DNA of 64,000 nucleotides from the human T2T-CHM13v2.0 reference genome, Homo sapiens. Position 1 is the first letter of the stretch, and the number at the start of each line of letters is the position of its first letter. The notes under the pieces were generated by a model that ran no database searches, was not told the DNA's origin, and saw only the letters and a list, made by a program, of their open reading frames with translations. Positions 1 through 34,611 of the stretch are shown here, piece after piece. Both the position numbers and the translations under genes were made by a program. Where the stretch lies: NCBI RefSeq assembly GCF_009914755.1, contig NC_060941.1. One strand, given 5' to 3'.

Positions 1-285
1 AAGTGGAACCTATTAATAATGACACAGGGGCAATAGGCATAAATTGAGACCCTCTTGGCCATACTGGGATGTCTGGGTCTTGGGTGAGGAGTCCAGCTGC
101 TAGACCCGGGGACTTTGTTATTTTTTTTTTTTTTTTTGATATGGAGTCTTGCTCTGTCGCCCAGGCTGGAGTGCAGTGACGTGATCTCAGCTCATTGCAA
201 CCTCTACCTCCCGGATTCAAGTGATTCCCTGCCTCAGCCTCCCAAGTAGTTGGGATTACAGGCATGCGTCACCATGCCCGGCTCA

Positions 286-450
<165 letters not shown>

Positions 451-836
451 TTATTTATCTGGGTGTTCCCAGCATCTTTCCAGAGCCCAATGCATGGTAG
501 GTGTTTAATGCACATTTATTTATTTTTAATTTTATTTTTAGAGACAGGGTCTCATTCTGTTGCCCAGGCTGGAGTGCAGTGGCATGATCACGGCTCACGG
601 AAGCCTCCAACTTATGGGCTCAAGTGACCCTCCCGTCTCAGTTCCCTGAGTAGCTGGGATTACAGGTGCACACGACCATACCCCACTTAATGCACATTTG
701 TTGACTGAGTGAATGATTTCAGTGTAGAAGGTGCCAGGCCCTGAGGGCTCCACAGGATGTGGGGGGGCAGCATTGCTGGCAGCCTGGGGTTTCACCTTTG
801 AGCCCCCCATTATTTATTTATTTATTTATTTTTTGA

Positions 837-995
<159 letters not shown>

Positions 996-2340
996 TAGTA
1001 GAGATGGGTTTTAGTAGGGTTTTAGTAGAGTTTAGTAGGGTTTTAGTAGAGATGGTTTCTCTATGTCGGTCAGGCTGGTCTCGAACACCCGACCTCAGGT
1101 GGTCTGCCGCCTTGGCCTCCCAAAGTGCTGGGATTACAGGCGTGAGCCACTGTGCCTGGCTGAGTCCCCCATTATTTATAACAGTTGGCTTTCCTTTCAG
1201 ACACTCCTTTTGTGTACCGTATGCTTTGACCTTTGTGTCTAGAACTTCAGATCATTTCCATAATGCCTGACTGAGACCCACCAGCCTGAGCCCACGGAGG
1301 ATGCCAAGCGGAGGCACCTCTCCCTATCCTCCTCAGGGTCAGTGAGCGTCCGTAAGTGCCTACCGGTCAGCATGGGGATCGGTGACCAGTTTGTCCATGG
1401 GCCTAGTGACGAACCAGTCCCAGCAGCTTTAGAATCTGCAGTTTAAGGCCGGGCGCAGTGGCTCACGCCTGTAATACCAGCACTTTGGGGGCCAAGGCAG
1501 GTGGATCACCTGAGGTCAGGAGTTCAAGACCAGCCTGGACAACATGGCAAAACCCTGTCTCTACTAAAACTACAAAAATTAACCTGGTGAGGTGGCGGGT
1601 GCCTGTAATCCCAGCTACTTGGGAGCTGAGGGAGGAGAATCACTTGAACCCAGGAGGCGGAGGTTGCAGTGAGCCAAGATCATGCCACTGCACTCTAGCC
1701 TAGGTGACAGAGCAAGACTCCGCCTCAAAAAACAAAAACAAACAAATAAAATAATCTGCAGTTTATCTTTGGTGGATCCCTTCCCCTTTCCCTCGCAGGG
1801 TCCTGTTGCACAGCAGGCGTCCTTAGGGCTACCTCATGGCACTCCTGAGCACTGCAGTTTTCCTATCTTTTGGGTCCCTGCATAAAGATAAGGAGGAGGG
1901 TTATCTAGTCTGAGACCCAGCCTGCATAATTAGCCCGCTCAAAGCCTCCCACCTCCCTAATTACTGTTATCATGGATACACCCACTCAGCAGGCCATTCC
2001 TACATTCCTACTTCCCCCTCCTTTGCACAGTTCCCTAGGGGGCTGGAGAGGTGATGTGGGAACCCAAATCCCTTCGACTGCGGCACAGAGTCCCCTACTT
2101 CCCTGGCCAATCTCTGGGAACCCCTAGAAAGGAAGTTCTCCACCTCCCTCAACCCCAAAACTGCATGGGCAGAACTGCCAGGAAGGAAGGGGTAACCGCC
2201 AGCAAGATGCCCTGAGCTTCAGTTTCCCCATGTGTAAAATGAAGGGGTTGCACAGATGATCTTTAAGAGTTATCTGAGGCTGGGCGCAGTGGCTCTCGCC
2301 TGTAATCCCAGCACTTGGGGAGACCCAGGTGGGCAGATCA

Positions 2341-2571
<231 letters not shown>

Positions 2572-2700
2572 TCAAAAAAAAACAGCCGGGCGGTGGCTCA
2601 CGCCTGTAATCCCAGCACTGTGGGAGGCTGAGGCGGGCGGATCATGAAGTCAGGAGATCGAGACTATCCTGGCTAACACGGTGAAACCCCTTCTCTACTA

Positions 2701-3515
<815 letters not shown>

Positions 3516-3777
3516 TAAGCAAGAAACTGAGTTCAAAATAAAAAGTAGGAAAAAACTGGCCAGGTGTGTTATTTTCCACGTGGCCACTGCATTTCAGCCT
3601 GGGCAATAGAACAAGACTGTGTCAATATATATATATTTTGAGTATACATATACATGTGTGTGTGTGTTGTTAGCTAGGCCTGTACTCTTCAGCTGCTCAG
3701 AAGGCTGAGGTGGAAGGATCCCCTTGAGCACCAGAGTTCAAGTCCAGCCTGAGCAACACAGTGAGACCTTGTCTCTA

Positions 3778-5075
<1,298 letters not shown>

Positions 5076-5525
5076 TTGGTTTTGGTTTTGGTCCCCCGTG
5101 TCCTTAGAACACAGAGCTGCTGCCTTTTTCTCTGAGTCATCCCCAACATAGACCTGCATTGAAAATGTACCAGCTTGAGTTCTCATGGTGCTGGCTGCGC
5201 TGAGCTCCTAAAGCTGCAGTCCCAGGATAACCCTCTTTAGTGGAGGATAAGAATAGGGCTCCTGCCGGGATGCGGGGCTTCTTGCAGCTGGATCAGGTGG
5301 GGGGCAGGGCACCAGCATGGCCAAAGATGCCAGAACCCAGGATTCCTTCTGGGAAAGGACAGTGGGCAATTCCAGGCACTGGACCCTTCCAATCTTCTCC
5401 TCTCCACTCTAGTCAGGAGCCTGTGATCTAAGATTCTGTTTCTTCATTTGGATTGGGGTGGCATGGAGAGAGGGGCAGGGCTTGGCTGAGGGTGAGGACA
5501 CCTCAGATGGGTGCCTTATACTTGA

Positions 5526-5718
<193 letters not shown>

Positions 5719-6019
5719 TAGAGATGGGGTTTCACTATGTTGGCTAGGCTGGCCTTGAACTCCTGACCTCAAGTGACCTGCCCACCTCGGCCTCCCAAAG
5801 TGCTGGAATGGCAGGCGTGAGCCACCACGCCCGGCCCATCTGAGGGGTTATCTACTGAGGGGACCCCAGAGTCTCAGCTCCTGGTCTCATCGTACCCCCT
5901 GGCTGACCCTGAACCACCTCCTGGCTCATCCACATGCTCTTCCCACACCTGCAAGAACCGAGGTGTGGTGGGGCCGAGTGCCCAATGCAAGAGATTGGAC
6001 TCACGTGTTTTTCAGAGAT

Positions 6020-6025
6020 TTTATT
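6020..6025 (-). terminator. Polyadenylation signal AATAAA of CCDC92B
   Basis: Plus strand reads tttatt at 6020-6025, in an AT-rich patch at the edge of the unique sequence. Confidence 0.65.
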
Positions 6026-8313
6026 AAGAATAAGGCATATGACAGTCACCCCTAAAGCACAGGGCTCTATTTCTGTGGGTGAGTGAATACACTCTGAAAA
6101 GCATTGGATACAAAAGCGCAGCCAACAGAGAATTTGGAGCAGGGTCCCTCTGCCCTGCCACAGGGCTCCTGCCAGGTGGGTTTGAAGCCCTGCACATCCC
6201 CCATTCAAGGCTGGCATGTCCAGGAGAAGGTGCTTGGAGACCCCCGGCTCCCCGCGCTTCGAAGCTGCCCCACACCCTCTAGGCCTCCTTCCTCTCTCCA
6301 CCAGGGGGGACGCCATCCTACTGCTTATATGGGGAAGGGTTATCCCATTTTGGCCCTGGACTAGTCCCCCAAGCTAGAGGGTGCTGTGGCTGAGCTGTGG
6401 GGGCCAGGGGTACAGAGCCTCAAACCGCACTGCCCAGTGCTCCCTGGCTGATTTCCAGAGCAGGGGGAGGTCCCCACCTGCAGCTCTGTGTCCTGGAGCT
6501 GTCCATACTTGGGGTGTGGCAGGAGCTCCGCCTAGGGACCTGAGTGTCCTCTTCAACACTCTCTCTCCCAATGGGGATTCGTGCAGCAGAGGAGAGAGAA
6601 ATGCAGTCCTTTCCCTTCTTAGTCACCAAGATATTCCAGGGGCCAGGAGCGCGTGGGGGTGCGAGGTTTCCCTTTGGCCAGGTGGGCTCTCAAGCCAGAC
6701 CCAGGGAGGGTGGGGCCTCTCCAGGGCCCTGAGGCTGAGGAGAGTTGGGCCCCTGTGGCCAAGAGCGGGCCATGCACTCCAGCTCCCAGTCTCGTTCTGC
6801 TGCACAGAGGGTTCTGTGCAGGCGGGTGGAGGGGTTTCCATTATTTCCAGGAGGGCGAGGAGGGGAATTTCTGTGAAAACTGGAACCCTGTATCTGCTAC
6901 AGGTGCTCCCCCAGCTTGCCTTATTTCCTTTCCCAGGCACCTCCAGCACCTCAGCTGAGAGTCAGTGAGTCAGCTGCCCCAGCACCCAGAACCTTTCATC
7001 TAGGGGATCTCCAAGCACCTCACAAACAATTGTCATTATCTGTGGTTGCTGGAAGAGGGATGGGAGTTGGGTGGAGCTGATGGGGTCACTTCGGGAGAAG
7101 CAGGCAGGCCACTGGAAGATCCCTGGGACCAGAGTGCGGTGGGGGCCCCTAGCTGGACACCCTGGATGCCCAGGAGGGAAGGGGGAAGGGGGCTATTGCT
7201 ATAGAGCTGGGGGGAGGCCAGGCGGACGGAGCTATGGCTTTTAGTGGGTGGGTGGGCAGATAGAGTACTTCACCATCTCTGCAGAAGAATCGACCTAACA
7301 AAGTCACCCTGTTCACCCCAAAAGTGTGGTCGTGGGAGATGAGGGTCTGTGCACGCTCCTCTGGAAAGAGACTTTGCCCTTCTTCCCACAGTCCTCTGGG
7401 CACCTCCGAGAGAGGAGTGAGGCCCTCACACACAAGACAGGTTCTGAAAGGGAGGGGGACAGAATAGGGGTGCAGTGAGTTACACACACTTGAGGGGGGA
7501 CAGAGATGGTACAGGCGCAACCACAGGACTAGTAGAGAGTAGAGGTGGGGGCAGGCAGAGCAAGGACCCCAGGCCACCTTCTTGGCCCAAGTTGGACTGG
7601 AGAGCACTGTCCCAAGGGTGCCCCAACCTCAGCCATCTGCATCCCAGGAGCTGGACACCCCAGACCAGGCGTGGTTATTGCTCAGTGGTCTTGGGCAGTC
7701 CCGAGTGGCGTCAGCTGGGAGAGCCGCACATTGCTTGGCCCTGAGTGCGCTCGCTCACTGGTTTCTACTTCTTGCCAATTTCCTGCTCCAACAAATGGAG
7801 AGAAAGGGGGTGTGATCTGGGACTCCCCCTTCTTCATGGGGCTGTGATGGGAGAAGAGCTCGTCACCCCTAGAGCTTGACTCTGCTCACCTCCCAGACCC
7901 CTGCGTGACAGAATGTGTGGCCTCAGCCAGGGTCAGGACCTGTCAGGAAAGGGGTGTCTGTGAGGGAGGCAAAGGCCTCTCCCTGCCCCACGTCCTCCCC
8001 TCGAAGCCCCTGGAAGACCTCACAGGCACTTAGGACTTGATGCAGGACCCACACAGGAGGGATGGCACGGGCTGGAGGGGTTTGTGTTTCCTTCTAGGCT
8101 GGGCTGGGGGTGGGGGAATAAGCTGCGCTGAAACTGTCCTTCCTGCCTTTGGTGGTGGACGGGGAGCTTGGGAGAAGGGGCGTTAGGAGGTGGGGCTTTC
8201 CCCTTTCCACGTCGCCATTCCCCAGGCTAGACAGCAGGGAACTGAGCAGCCCGCCACTGCCAGATTCTGATAGGTTTAGGGGCATCCGTGGAGGGGGCCA
8301 GGATGGGGACTAA

Positions 8314-8735
<422 letters not shown>

Positions 8736-9099
8736 TAGGAAGCCGAGCAACATTAGCACCAATAAACAGGACCAGGAAAACGCCTGGGGCTGCCTCCTGA
8801 GGCGGAAGACAGCTCCTGCCTTCCAGAAGCCTGGCCAGCAGCAGGCCTGTCACCTCCCTTCCCCAGCAGAGCTCCCAGTCCCTGCATACCCAGCGGGGTG
8901 GCGACTCGGGAAGAGCTGAGCTGGAGACGGCTCTAGACCAAGTCCGGCCAACCAGGCGGTTCTGTAATCCTCTCCCAGGGCCCATGGAAGTTAGGCTTCC
9001 ATCAGGCGCACTTTTCCCACCAGGGGCTCTGGGAGGACGTGTCTTCTAAAGTGTTCCGTGCTCACCTGCAAGGACCTATCGGCAGGGTCAGGGTGGGGG

Positions 9100-14716
<5,617 letters not shown>

Positions 14717-15342
14717 TTACTGTGTCCCTCCAAGTCAGGTAACGTGCGTTATACTTCAGAGACAATGGGTAACACTCAGTCCTAGTTCTGAGATCTTATA
14801 ATCTGATGATAAAGATCTCAAGAATGCAATTAAAAAATTAATTGTGGGGGAAAAAATGACAAAATTTAGCATCTTAACCATTTGTAGGAGTACCATTCAT
14901 TACTGTTAAGTATATTCATGTTGGGGTGCAGCAGATCTTTAGAACTTTTTAATCTTGCAAAAGTAAAAGTCTACACCCATTGAACTCCCCCAGCTCCCCC
15001 ATGTTATGGGTGAAGTAAACAAATATTTTAGAGGAATTTCTACAATGGCAAGAAGTCATGCTTTTGTAAAATGCAGGATTTACTAATGTGTGTGTGTTTC
15101 TTTTCTCGTATAGAACAAGTTCCTTGAAGTCAAGGAACCCATCCTGACATGCATCTTGACACTCGGCCTGTGATCACTCAGTTCAGTGAATCTTGACACT
15201 GACCATGTGATCACTTGTGCCAGGATGGGAAAGACTGGGGAGGTGGGTCACAGCAAGGAATTAAGCAGGCTAAGGGGAAGTAAAGCCACATTACCATTTC
15301 CTTCATGCCTTACTTTCCTCACTTTGGACAGAGACATGGATA

Positions 15343-15509
15343 CAGGCTACTATGTGTGGTGGTGCAGGTTGTTCACTGCACAAGGTCATCCAACTGAGGT
15401 GGTGCAGGTTGTTCACTGCACAAGGTCACCCAACTGAGGTGGTGCAGGTTGTTCACTGCACAAGGCATTTCACAATGTCGTCCACTGGGCAAGTGTGGCT
15501 GACATCCTG
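15343..15509 (+). mobile_element. MER91-like hAT remnant carrying an internal 40-bp tandem repeat (15358-15465, ~2.7 copies)
   Basis: The start CAGGCTACTATGTG..GTGCAGGTTGTTCACTGCACAA resembles MER91 as recalled. The repeat period is directly visible at 15361/15401/15441. Confidence 0.55.
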
Positions 15510-15647
15510 CACTCTGCTCACCAGCCAAGGAGTGACTATCCCCAAGTCTAGGCTGGGGACAGAGAAGGTTTGGGTCCTGCAAAGGGCTGGGAAAAACTCC
15601 AGCTGTTGGGCCCCATGACGCTTCCCCACCAGTGGTCCTTCTCTTAC

Positions 15648-15695
15648 CTTGCTGGTGAGATTGGGCCTCTCTCATTTCCAGGTCATGGGTCAGTT
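15648..15695 (-). CDS. CCDC92B: CCDC92B exon 3 (48 nt): ELTHDLEMREAQSHQQ
   Basis: Acceptor ttttcttttctttccccccag|AA, donor AAG|GTAAGA, phase 1-1. It continues the family motif RCS-ELTHDL in frame. Confidence 0.92.
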
Positions 15696-15719
15696 CTGGG
15701 GGGAAAGAAAAGAAAAGGC

Positions 15720-15723
<4 letters not shown>

Positions 15724-15791
<68 letters not shown>
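15724..15791 (+). repeat. Compound microsatellite (TG)25(AG)9
   Basis: Read directly from the sequence. Confidence 0.97.
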
Positions 15792-15792
<1 letters not shown>

Positions 15793-17174
15793 TCATGGAA
15801 TTACAGCTCAGTAAAGTGGCAATAAGGATCTTTAGAAGCCACCTCCACACTATTTTACCGCAACCCTGCAAGGGAAAGAGATGAAGAGATGTGTCCAGGG
15901 CACAGCCTGAACCTGGCCAGCTTGACTCCAAGCTCAGAAATCTTCCCAGCTCCAGCTTTGAGCCTGGGTTCGGAGTTTAGTTCACCCCTCGTGGGACTGA
16001 GGAGCCTGGCTTGTTTTGGGGCTGGGGGACTATCTGCCTTTCCTGGGGTGATATGCCAGCCAGTCAAAGCAGTTCTGGAGGACCCTTGCCGTGCAGGGCT
16101 TTGACCCTTTCGTGTTTAGCTGATGGCCGCTGGAGTGTCCAGAACTGCCTGGCGGCACTGGAGGCAGGCTCGGCAGTGGCTACTTACCAGTCTGGACACT
16201 TGCTTTTCACTATTTTGACAGCCAGTACCGCTGAGCCTGTGTTATTACCTGAACATCAGCGCTGCCCCTTCCCAAGCCCCAGTTGCGCCGTATTCCCCAC
16301 GGCAGGGAGAAGGGCTTCGAGCAGGACGGTGCGGTCTATTGATGGGGGCCGGGCTTGGCACTGAGGGGGTGGAGCGGGCAGCCTAGGAGCCACTCAAGGG
16401 CACTGGTGCAGGAGCAGTTTCCTCCTGGGTGCTGCAGCCCAGCTGCCACCCCTCTGCCTGCCTGTCCCCCCAGTCTCCATTCCTTAGTGTCCCCCAAGCC
16501 CCATTTCTCAGCCCAGGTGAGTTTGATAATTTTTCCAGCCCCACCCCCACTCCCCCAACTCCACCAGGGCTCAAGAACTGGTACAAGGGCAGAAGGAAGC
16601 CAGAAGCCACAGCTGCCTGTGATGCAGACCGACTCGGGGGCACCTGTGTACACCTGCAGGGACACAGTCTGGTGTCCACGGGGAGGAGGTGTGAACCGGG
16701 GGTTGGGGAAGGAAGGCGGCACATCTCTGGGACCACCACCCAGCAGCGCCTTCAGGGGCCTTGTGACCCCTCTGCCCCTCCTCCTCACTGCCCTCACCGG
16801 CTCTTCCAGAGACCCAGGGCTTTGCCAGAGGTGCCTTCTCTGAGGAGGCCGGTTGTTGCTTGGAGGCAGGCAGCTCAGGGTGCCTGAGCCTTCTGCTGTT
16901 ACCAGAGTCTGAACCTGTTCCCTGAGGCACCTGTGAGGACTCTGATGCTTCTACCTCCAGGGCTTCCTGGGACCAACTGGCCCCTCCTTCAAGGCCTTGT
17001 GATGTAGCCCAGGGACCTTGGCCTAGGTTCAGGGATTTGGGAGCAGGGATACCTTGGCTCCGCCATTAACTCCCTGTGGGTGGTTTCTCTTCAGCCTTTC
17101 AACACAGGACTTGGGGGTAGGGAGATAAAAATCTCAGCTGGGCTATAGATGAGCGTGCTGTGAGGTCAGATACG

Positions 17175-17345
17175 CTGTGTGACCTTGGGCCAGTAACAGC
17201 ACTTCTCTGAGCCTCAGTTTTCTCGTCTGGAAAATGGGGGCACAATAGCACCTTTCCAAGAGGCTGTCGCCAGGATTAAATGAGAAAAAAACAGCGGGCT
17301 TGGCCCAGGGCTGAGTTGGTGCTGAACGCGTGTGAGCAGTTCTTA
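17175..17345 (+). mobile_element. MIR SINE
   Basis: gctgtgtgaccttgggc...ctctgagcctcagttttctcgtctggaaaatgggg...ggattaaatgag MIR core. Confidence 0.8.
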
Positions 17346-17627
17346 TCAATCAGGCTGCTTCGCCACCCCAGAACGTACCCACCTCTCAAGCCCTTCATTC
17401 TGAGTCCTCACCCATCCTTAGCCAGCTCCCTGGGCAGCCTATCCCTTCAGCTCCTACACCAGCCTCTCCTCTCTCCCAACCGCCTCCCAGCTCTGGGTCC
17501 CTCTTTAATCTCCTTCCCCTTATCTTCTCCCTTCTCATCACCTCCTCCTTGGGGGAAAGGCCTTATTCAGTCATTTCAGCCCCAAGAGTGGCTGCTCTAG
17601 CCTAGCCTAGTTATTTTCATCTCCTTA

Positions 17628-23547
<5,920 letters not shown>

Positions 23548-23569
23548 GATTTATGGCTCTTTCAGTTAC

Positions 23570-24985
<1,416 letters not shown>

Positions 24986-25359
24986 CCTCCCTTCTTCCTC
25001 TTCTTCTCTGTCCATTTAATGTCTGAGTAGGTTAATTCCTGTCTTGATTTGCTCACTTTCTCATTCACTCATTTAGTGATCTACTATTGCCAAGCACTGT
25101 CCTGGGTTTGGGGAACACGGTAACGAACACAGTGAAGTCCCTGCTCTCATGGATCTCACGGGGTGAAGAGAAGAGAATCAAACACATAATGTGTCAAACA
25201 GATAATACAAATAAGGATAGAATTACAATCTGTGATAAGGGCCACTAAAGAGACCTACAAGGTAATGTGAAAGAATAAAGAGGGGAACCTGCTTTAGATT
25301 TGAGGTGAGGAAAGTTCTCTTTGGGGAAGTAACTTTTAGGCTGTAACTTTCTGCCTTGT

Positions 25360-26175
25360 GACAGGCAGAGTTCCAGGACGGTCCCCAAGATTCCCAGCCT
25401 CTGGTATGCAGCTGCTCTGCTCGAGTGTGGGTGGGCCTGCGCGTATGATGGATTTCACCCCTGTGATTAGGCTATACACAAAGGTAAAGGGATCCTGCAG
25501 ATGTAATTAAGGCCTCCAATCAGTTGACTTTGATTTAATCAAATGGAGATTATTCTGGGTGGGCCTGACCTAATTAGGCAAAACCCTGAGGCTGGGCACG
25601 GTGGTTTATGCCTGTAATCTCAGCACTTTGGGAGGCTGAGGCAGGCTGATCACTTGAGGTCAAGAGATCGAGACCAGCCTGGCCAACATGGGTGAAATAC
25701 TGTCTCTACTAAAAATACAAAAATTAGCTGGGCATGGTGACAGGCGCCTGTAATCCCAGCTACTCAGGAGGCTGAAGCAGGAGAATCACTTGAACCCAGG
25801 AGGCGGAGGTTGCAGTGAGCCGACATCGTGCTACTGCACTCAAGCCTGGGCGACTGAGTGAGACTCCATCTCAAAAAACAAACAAAACAAAAAACAAAAA
25901 AATAAGAGCCCCGAGCAGAGGACCTAGTTTAAAAATGGTAGACTAAGGCCAGACGCAGTGGCTCACACCTGTAATCTCACCACTTTGGGCAACATGATGA
26001 AACCTCGTCTCTACAAAAATACAAAAATTAGCCAGGCATGGTGGCATGGGCCTGTAGTCCCAGCTACTGGGAGGCTGAGGTGGGAAGATGGCTTGGGCCC
26101 AGGAGGTCAAGTCTGCGGTGAGCCATGATTGTGCCATTGCACTTCAGTCCTGGTGACAGACAAAGACCCTGTCTC

Positions 26176-26207
<32 letters not shown>

Positions 26208-26305
26208 CTCCTGGGCTTAGACATTGTAAGATAATAAATGTATGTTGTTTTAAGCCACTATGTTTATGATAATTTGTTACACAGCGATAAAAAACTAATA
26301 CAGAC
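25360..26305 (+). mobile_element. MLT1-type MaLR LTR interrupted by Alus (25590-25903, 25947-26200)
   Basis: gatgtaattaagg..aatcagttgactttga..gagattattctgggtgggcctgacctaat and the 3' end aataaatgtatgttgttttaagccact...aactaataca. Confidence 0.75.
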
Positions 26306-26601
26306 TTGAAGGAGGGGTAGGACTTAGAAGAATGAAGGGAAGAGCACCTCCAACAGGGAACAGCATCTGTGAAGGCACAGAGGTAGGAAAGAAGTAAGTG
26401 ATCACAATGATAGCTTACATTTACAGAACGCTTACTATGTCTCAAACTTTCTGCTAAGTGCTTCACGTGGTCTGTCTGAGAAACAGACATTGCCGCTGCT
26501 AGTAAGGGCTGAGGTGAAAGGTACTGAAGGAGGGTCGCAGGAAGGAAGGTTAGCAAGAGTAGGTTCACATGGCGTCTTGAAAACCATGTTAAGAACTTTT
26601 G

Positions 26602-27205
<604 letters not shown>

Positions 27206-27209
27206 GAAC

Positions 27210-29830
<2,621 letters not shown>

Positions 29831-29984
29831 TAGAGTGGGTGAAGTTGTGGGGATGGGGTAGACTGATGGAGAAGCAGATTGACACAAGGTAAGATCAAGA
29901 TGCCATGAGTTAGGGGTGATATACCCAAGAGACCTCAAACAAGGAGAAATAGATGTCAAGTAGGCAGGTCAATATACTGGTGCA

Positions 29985-32938
<2,954 letters not shown>

Positions 32939-33280
32939 TAATCAATATGAGGTTTATGTTTCTTAGTCATTATTCCTGTTCATGGCCTGACTCAGAGGCC
33001 TGGGGCAGTCGGAAAGCAGGAACTCAAGAAGCCTTTCTTGGACATGGCATCAATGCATAAATAATAATACTTATAATAATAAGTAATTGGTACTGTTCTT
33101 AGCATTTTACATATATTAACTCATTTATCTTGGCAACAACCCCACGTTGAAGATTCTATTAATGTATCCACTTTATCGATGAGGAGACAGGCTTAGAAAG
33201 GTAAAGTAGTTTGCTCAGTATCTGCAACTACAGTGCCTGGCAACTAGAAGCACCCCACTGGGTGCTCGTCCTGGCGTTTA

Positions 33281-33385
33281 TGGCTTCTCATAAGAGAATC
33301 CCAAAGGGGAGAAGATCAGCCTGCATTTAGCAGTCCACATCTGCAGGCTGATCTTCTTCTCTTTTGGATTCTATCTCTTGCTGCT
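33281..33385 (-). ncRNA. MIR1253: microRNA precursor mir-1253; mature AGAGAAGAAGAUCAGCCUGCA at 33362-33342
   Basis: Visible hairpin: perfect 16-bp inverted repeat 33310-33325 / 33342-33357, extended by imperfect pairing, with a 16-nt loop. The sequence matches my recollection of hsa-mir-1253. Confidence 0.85.
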
Positions 33386-33635
33386 CTGATGACAAACTCT
33401 TCCAGTAGCCCAGTAGCCAGGCCATCCCCTCACTTACTATATCCACCCTATCTCTGCCTCTTGAAGCCTGACCCATCCTTCAGGGCCTTGCTCTGATGTG
33501 ACTTTTACCATGAAGCCATCCCTGATCCCCCACCAAGATGGAACGACTCTCTCCCGCCTCTCTGTTCCCCAGGCAATTTGTTGGAATCTGGGTGGCAGCT
33601 AGCACCACAGTCTGCCATATTATCACTCTTTGTTC

Positions 33636-33705
33636 TGTGTGTGTGTGTGTGTGCACGCATGCCTGCACGCACCTGGCTTCCGTGCAAAGCCATAAGTCTT
33701 CATCG

Positions 33706-33742
<37 letters not shown>

Positions 33743-33786
33743 ATGTGCCTGAATGCACCTGGCTTCTGTACTAAGCCATACGCTTC
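33636..33786 (+). repeat. Two (TG)n tracts, each followed by a diverged ~45-bp duplicated segment
   Basis: gcctgcacgcacctggcttccgtgcaaagccata versus gcctgaatgcacctggcttctgtactaagccata. Confidence 0.8.
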
Positions 33787-34611
33787 CTGAGGGCAAGGCT
33801 TTGTCTCTGGGAATCTCTTGCAAGGAACAGGCCCACAATGAATGCTGCTGAAACAGGGAGAATGGATTGAGTCTTACTGGGAATCACCAGGGCAAGTAAA
33901 TACACATATTAAAAAATAAGTATGCTGGTCCCTCAACCCCACATCCTTGGCTTTCCTGGGGACTGGAGTTTGGAACAAGGATTCAGCCTTTGACAAATGT
34001 CTAGGACTCTGTCTGCAAGGTGGGGCCGCTTGGCCAGTGGTGGAGCCACACTCCCCAGGGACCTTGTGGTCCTCTCCACTCCGGAGCCCCTCCCCGCCGA
34101 ACCCCTCAACTCTGGCTGCCCCCTGCACTGAAGCGCTCAGGACCCTCCACCTCAGCAAAGCTGAGGATCCAGTCACACGGGAATGGGGTGTATGGGGAAA
34201 CTGGAGCCCCCCACCCCCTTCAGGCTTCAGGTTCTGCCCTGATTATGCCTCCAATATGACTCCCAGGGAAGGCAGGGGTTGGGGGGGGGATGTGGAGACT
34301 AAGGAGGACGGGGAAGCGAGGTAGCAGAGAGGAGGGCAAAGGCAGCAGAAATAAAGGTGTGCGTGGCGGGAGGTGGCGGGGCTCGACCTCGGGCCGCTCT
34401 GGACGCCCGGCAGTGCCAGGCAGGGCCCGGGTCTGGGCGGTGGAGGACAACTTCTGCCAGCAGCCCGCCGCGAGTCCTGTCCGCCTCCCGCGCGCTGCGG
34501 TGCCCAGCCCCGCGCCAGCCCTCCCGGGGGAGCTGGAGCTTGGCCGCGCTGCTCCCCCCTGGGGCCGCTCCGGCGCCCACACCCCCCACGCCCACCGACC
34601 GGCCTCCTCAC

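Noticed and set aside
1005-1050. Telomere-like appearance of TTAGTAGGG units
   Set aside because: They are not TTAGGG repeats and derive from the Alu's own TTTTAGTAGAG segment.
8761-8766. AATAAA inside the CCDC92B 3'UTR region
   Set aside because: It is on the plus strand, the wrong orientation for CCDC92B, and I see no plus-strand transcript that would use it.
15358-15465. CRISPR-like look: palindromic 28-bp repeats separated by 12-bp segments
   Set aside because: The spacers are near-identical and too short, there are no cas genes, and the context is primate DNA. It is a simple tandem repeat.
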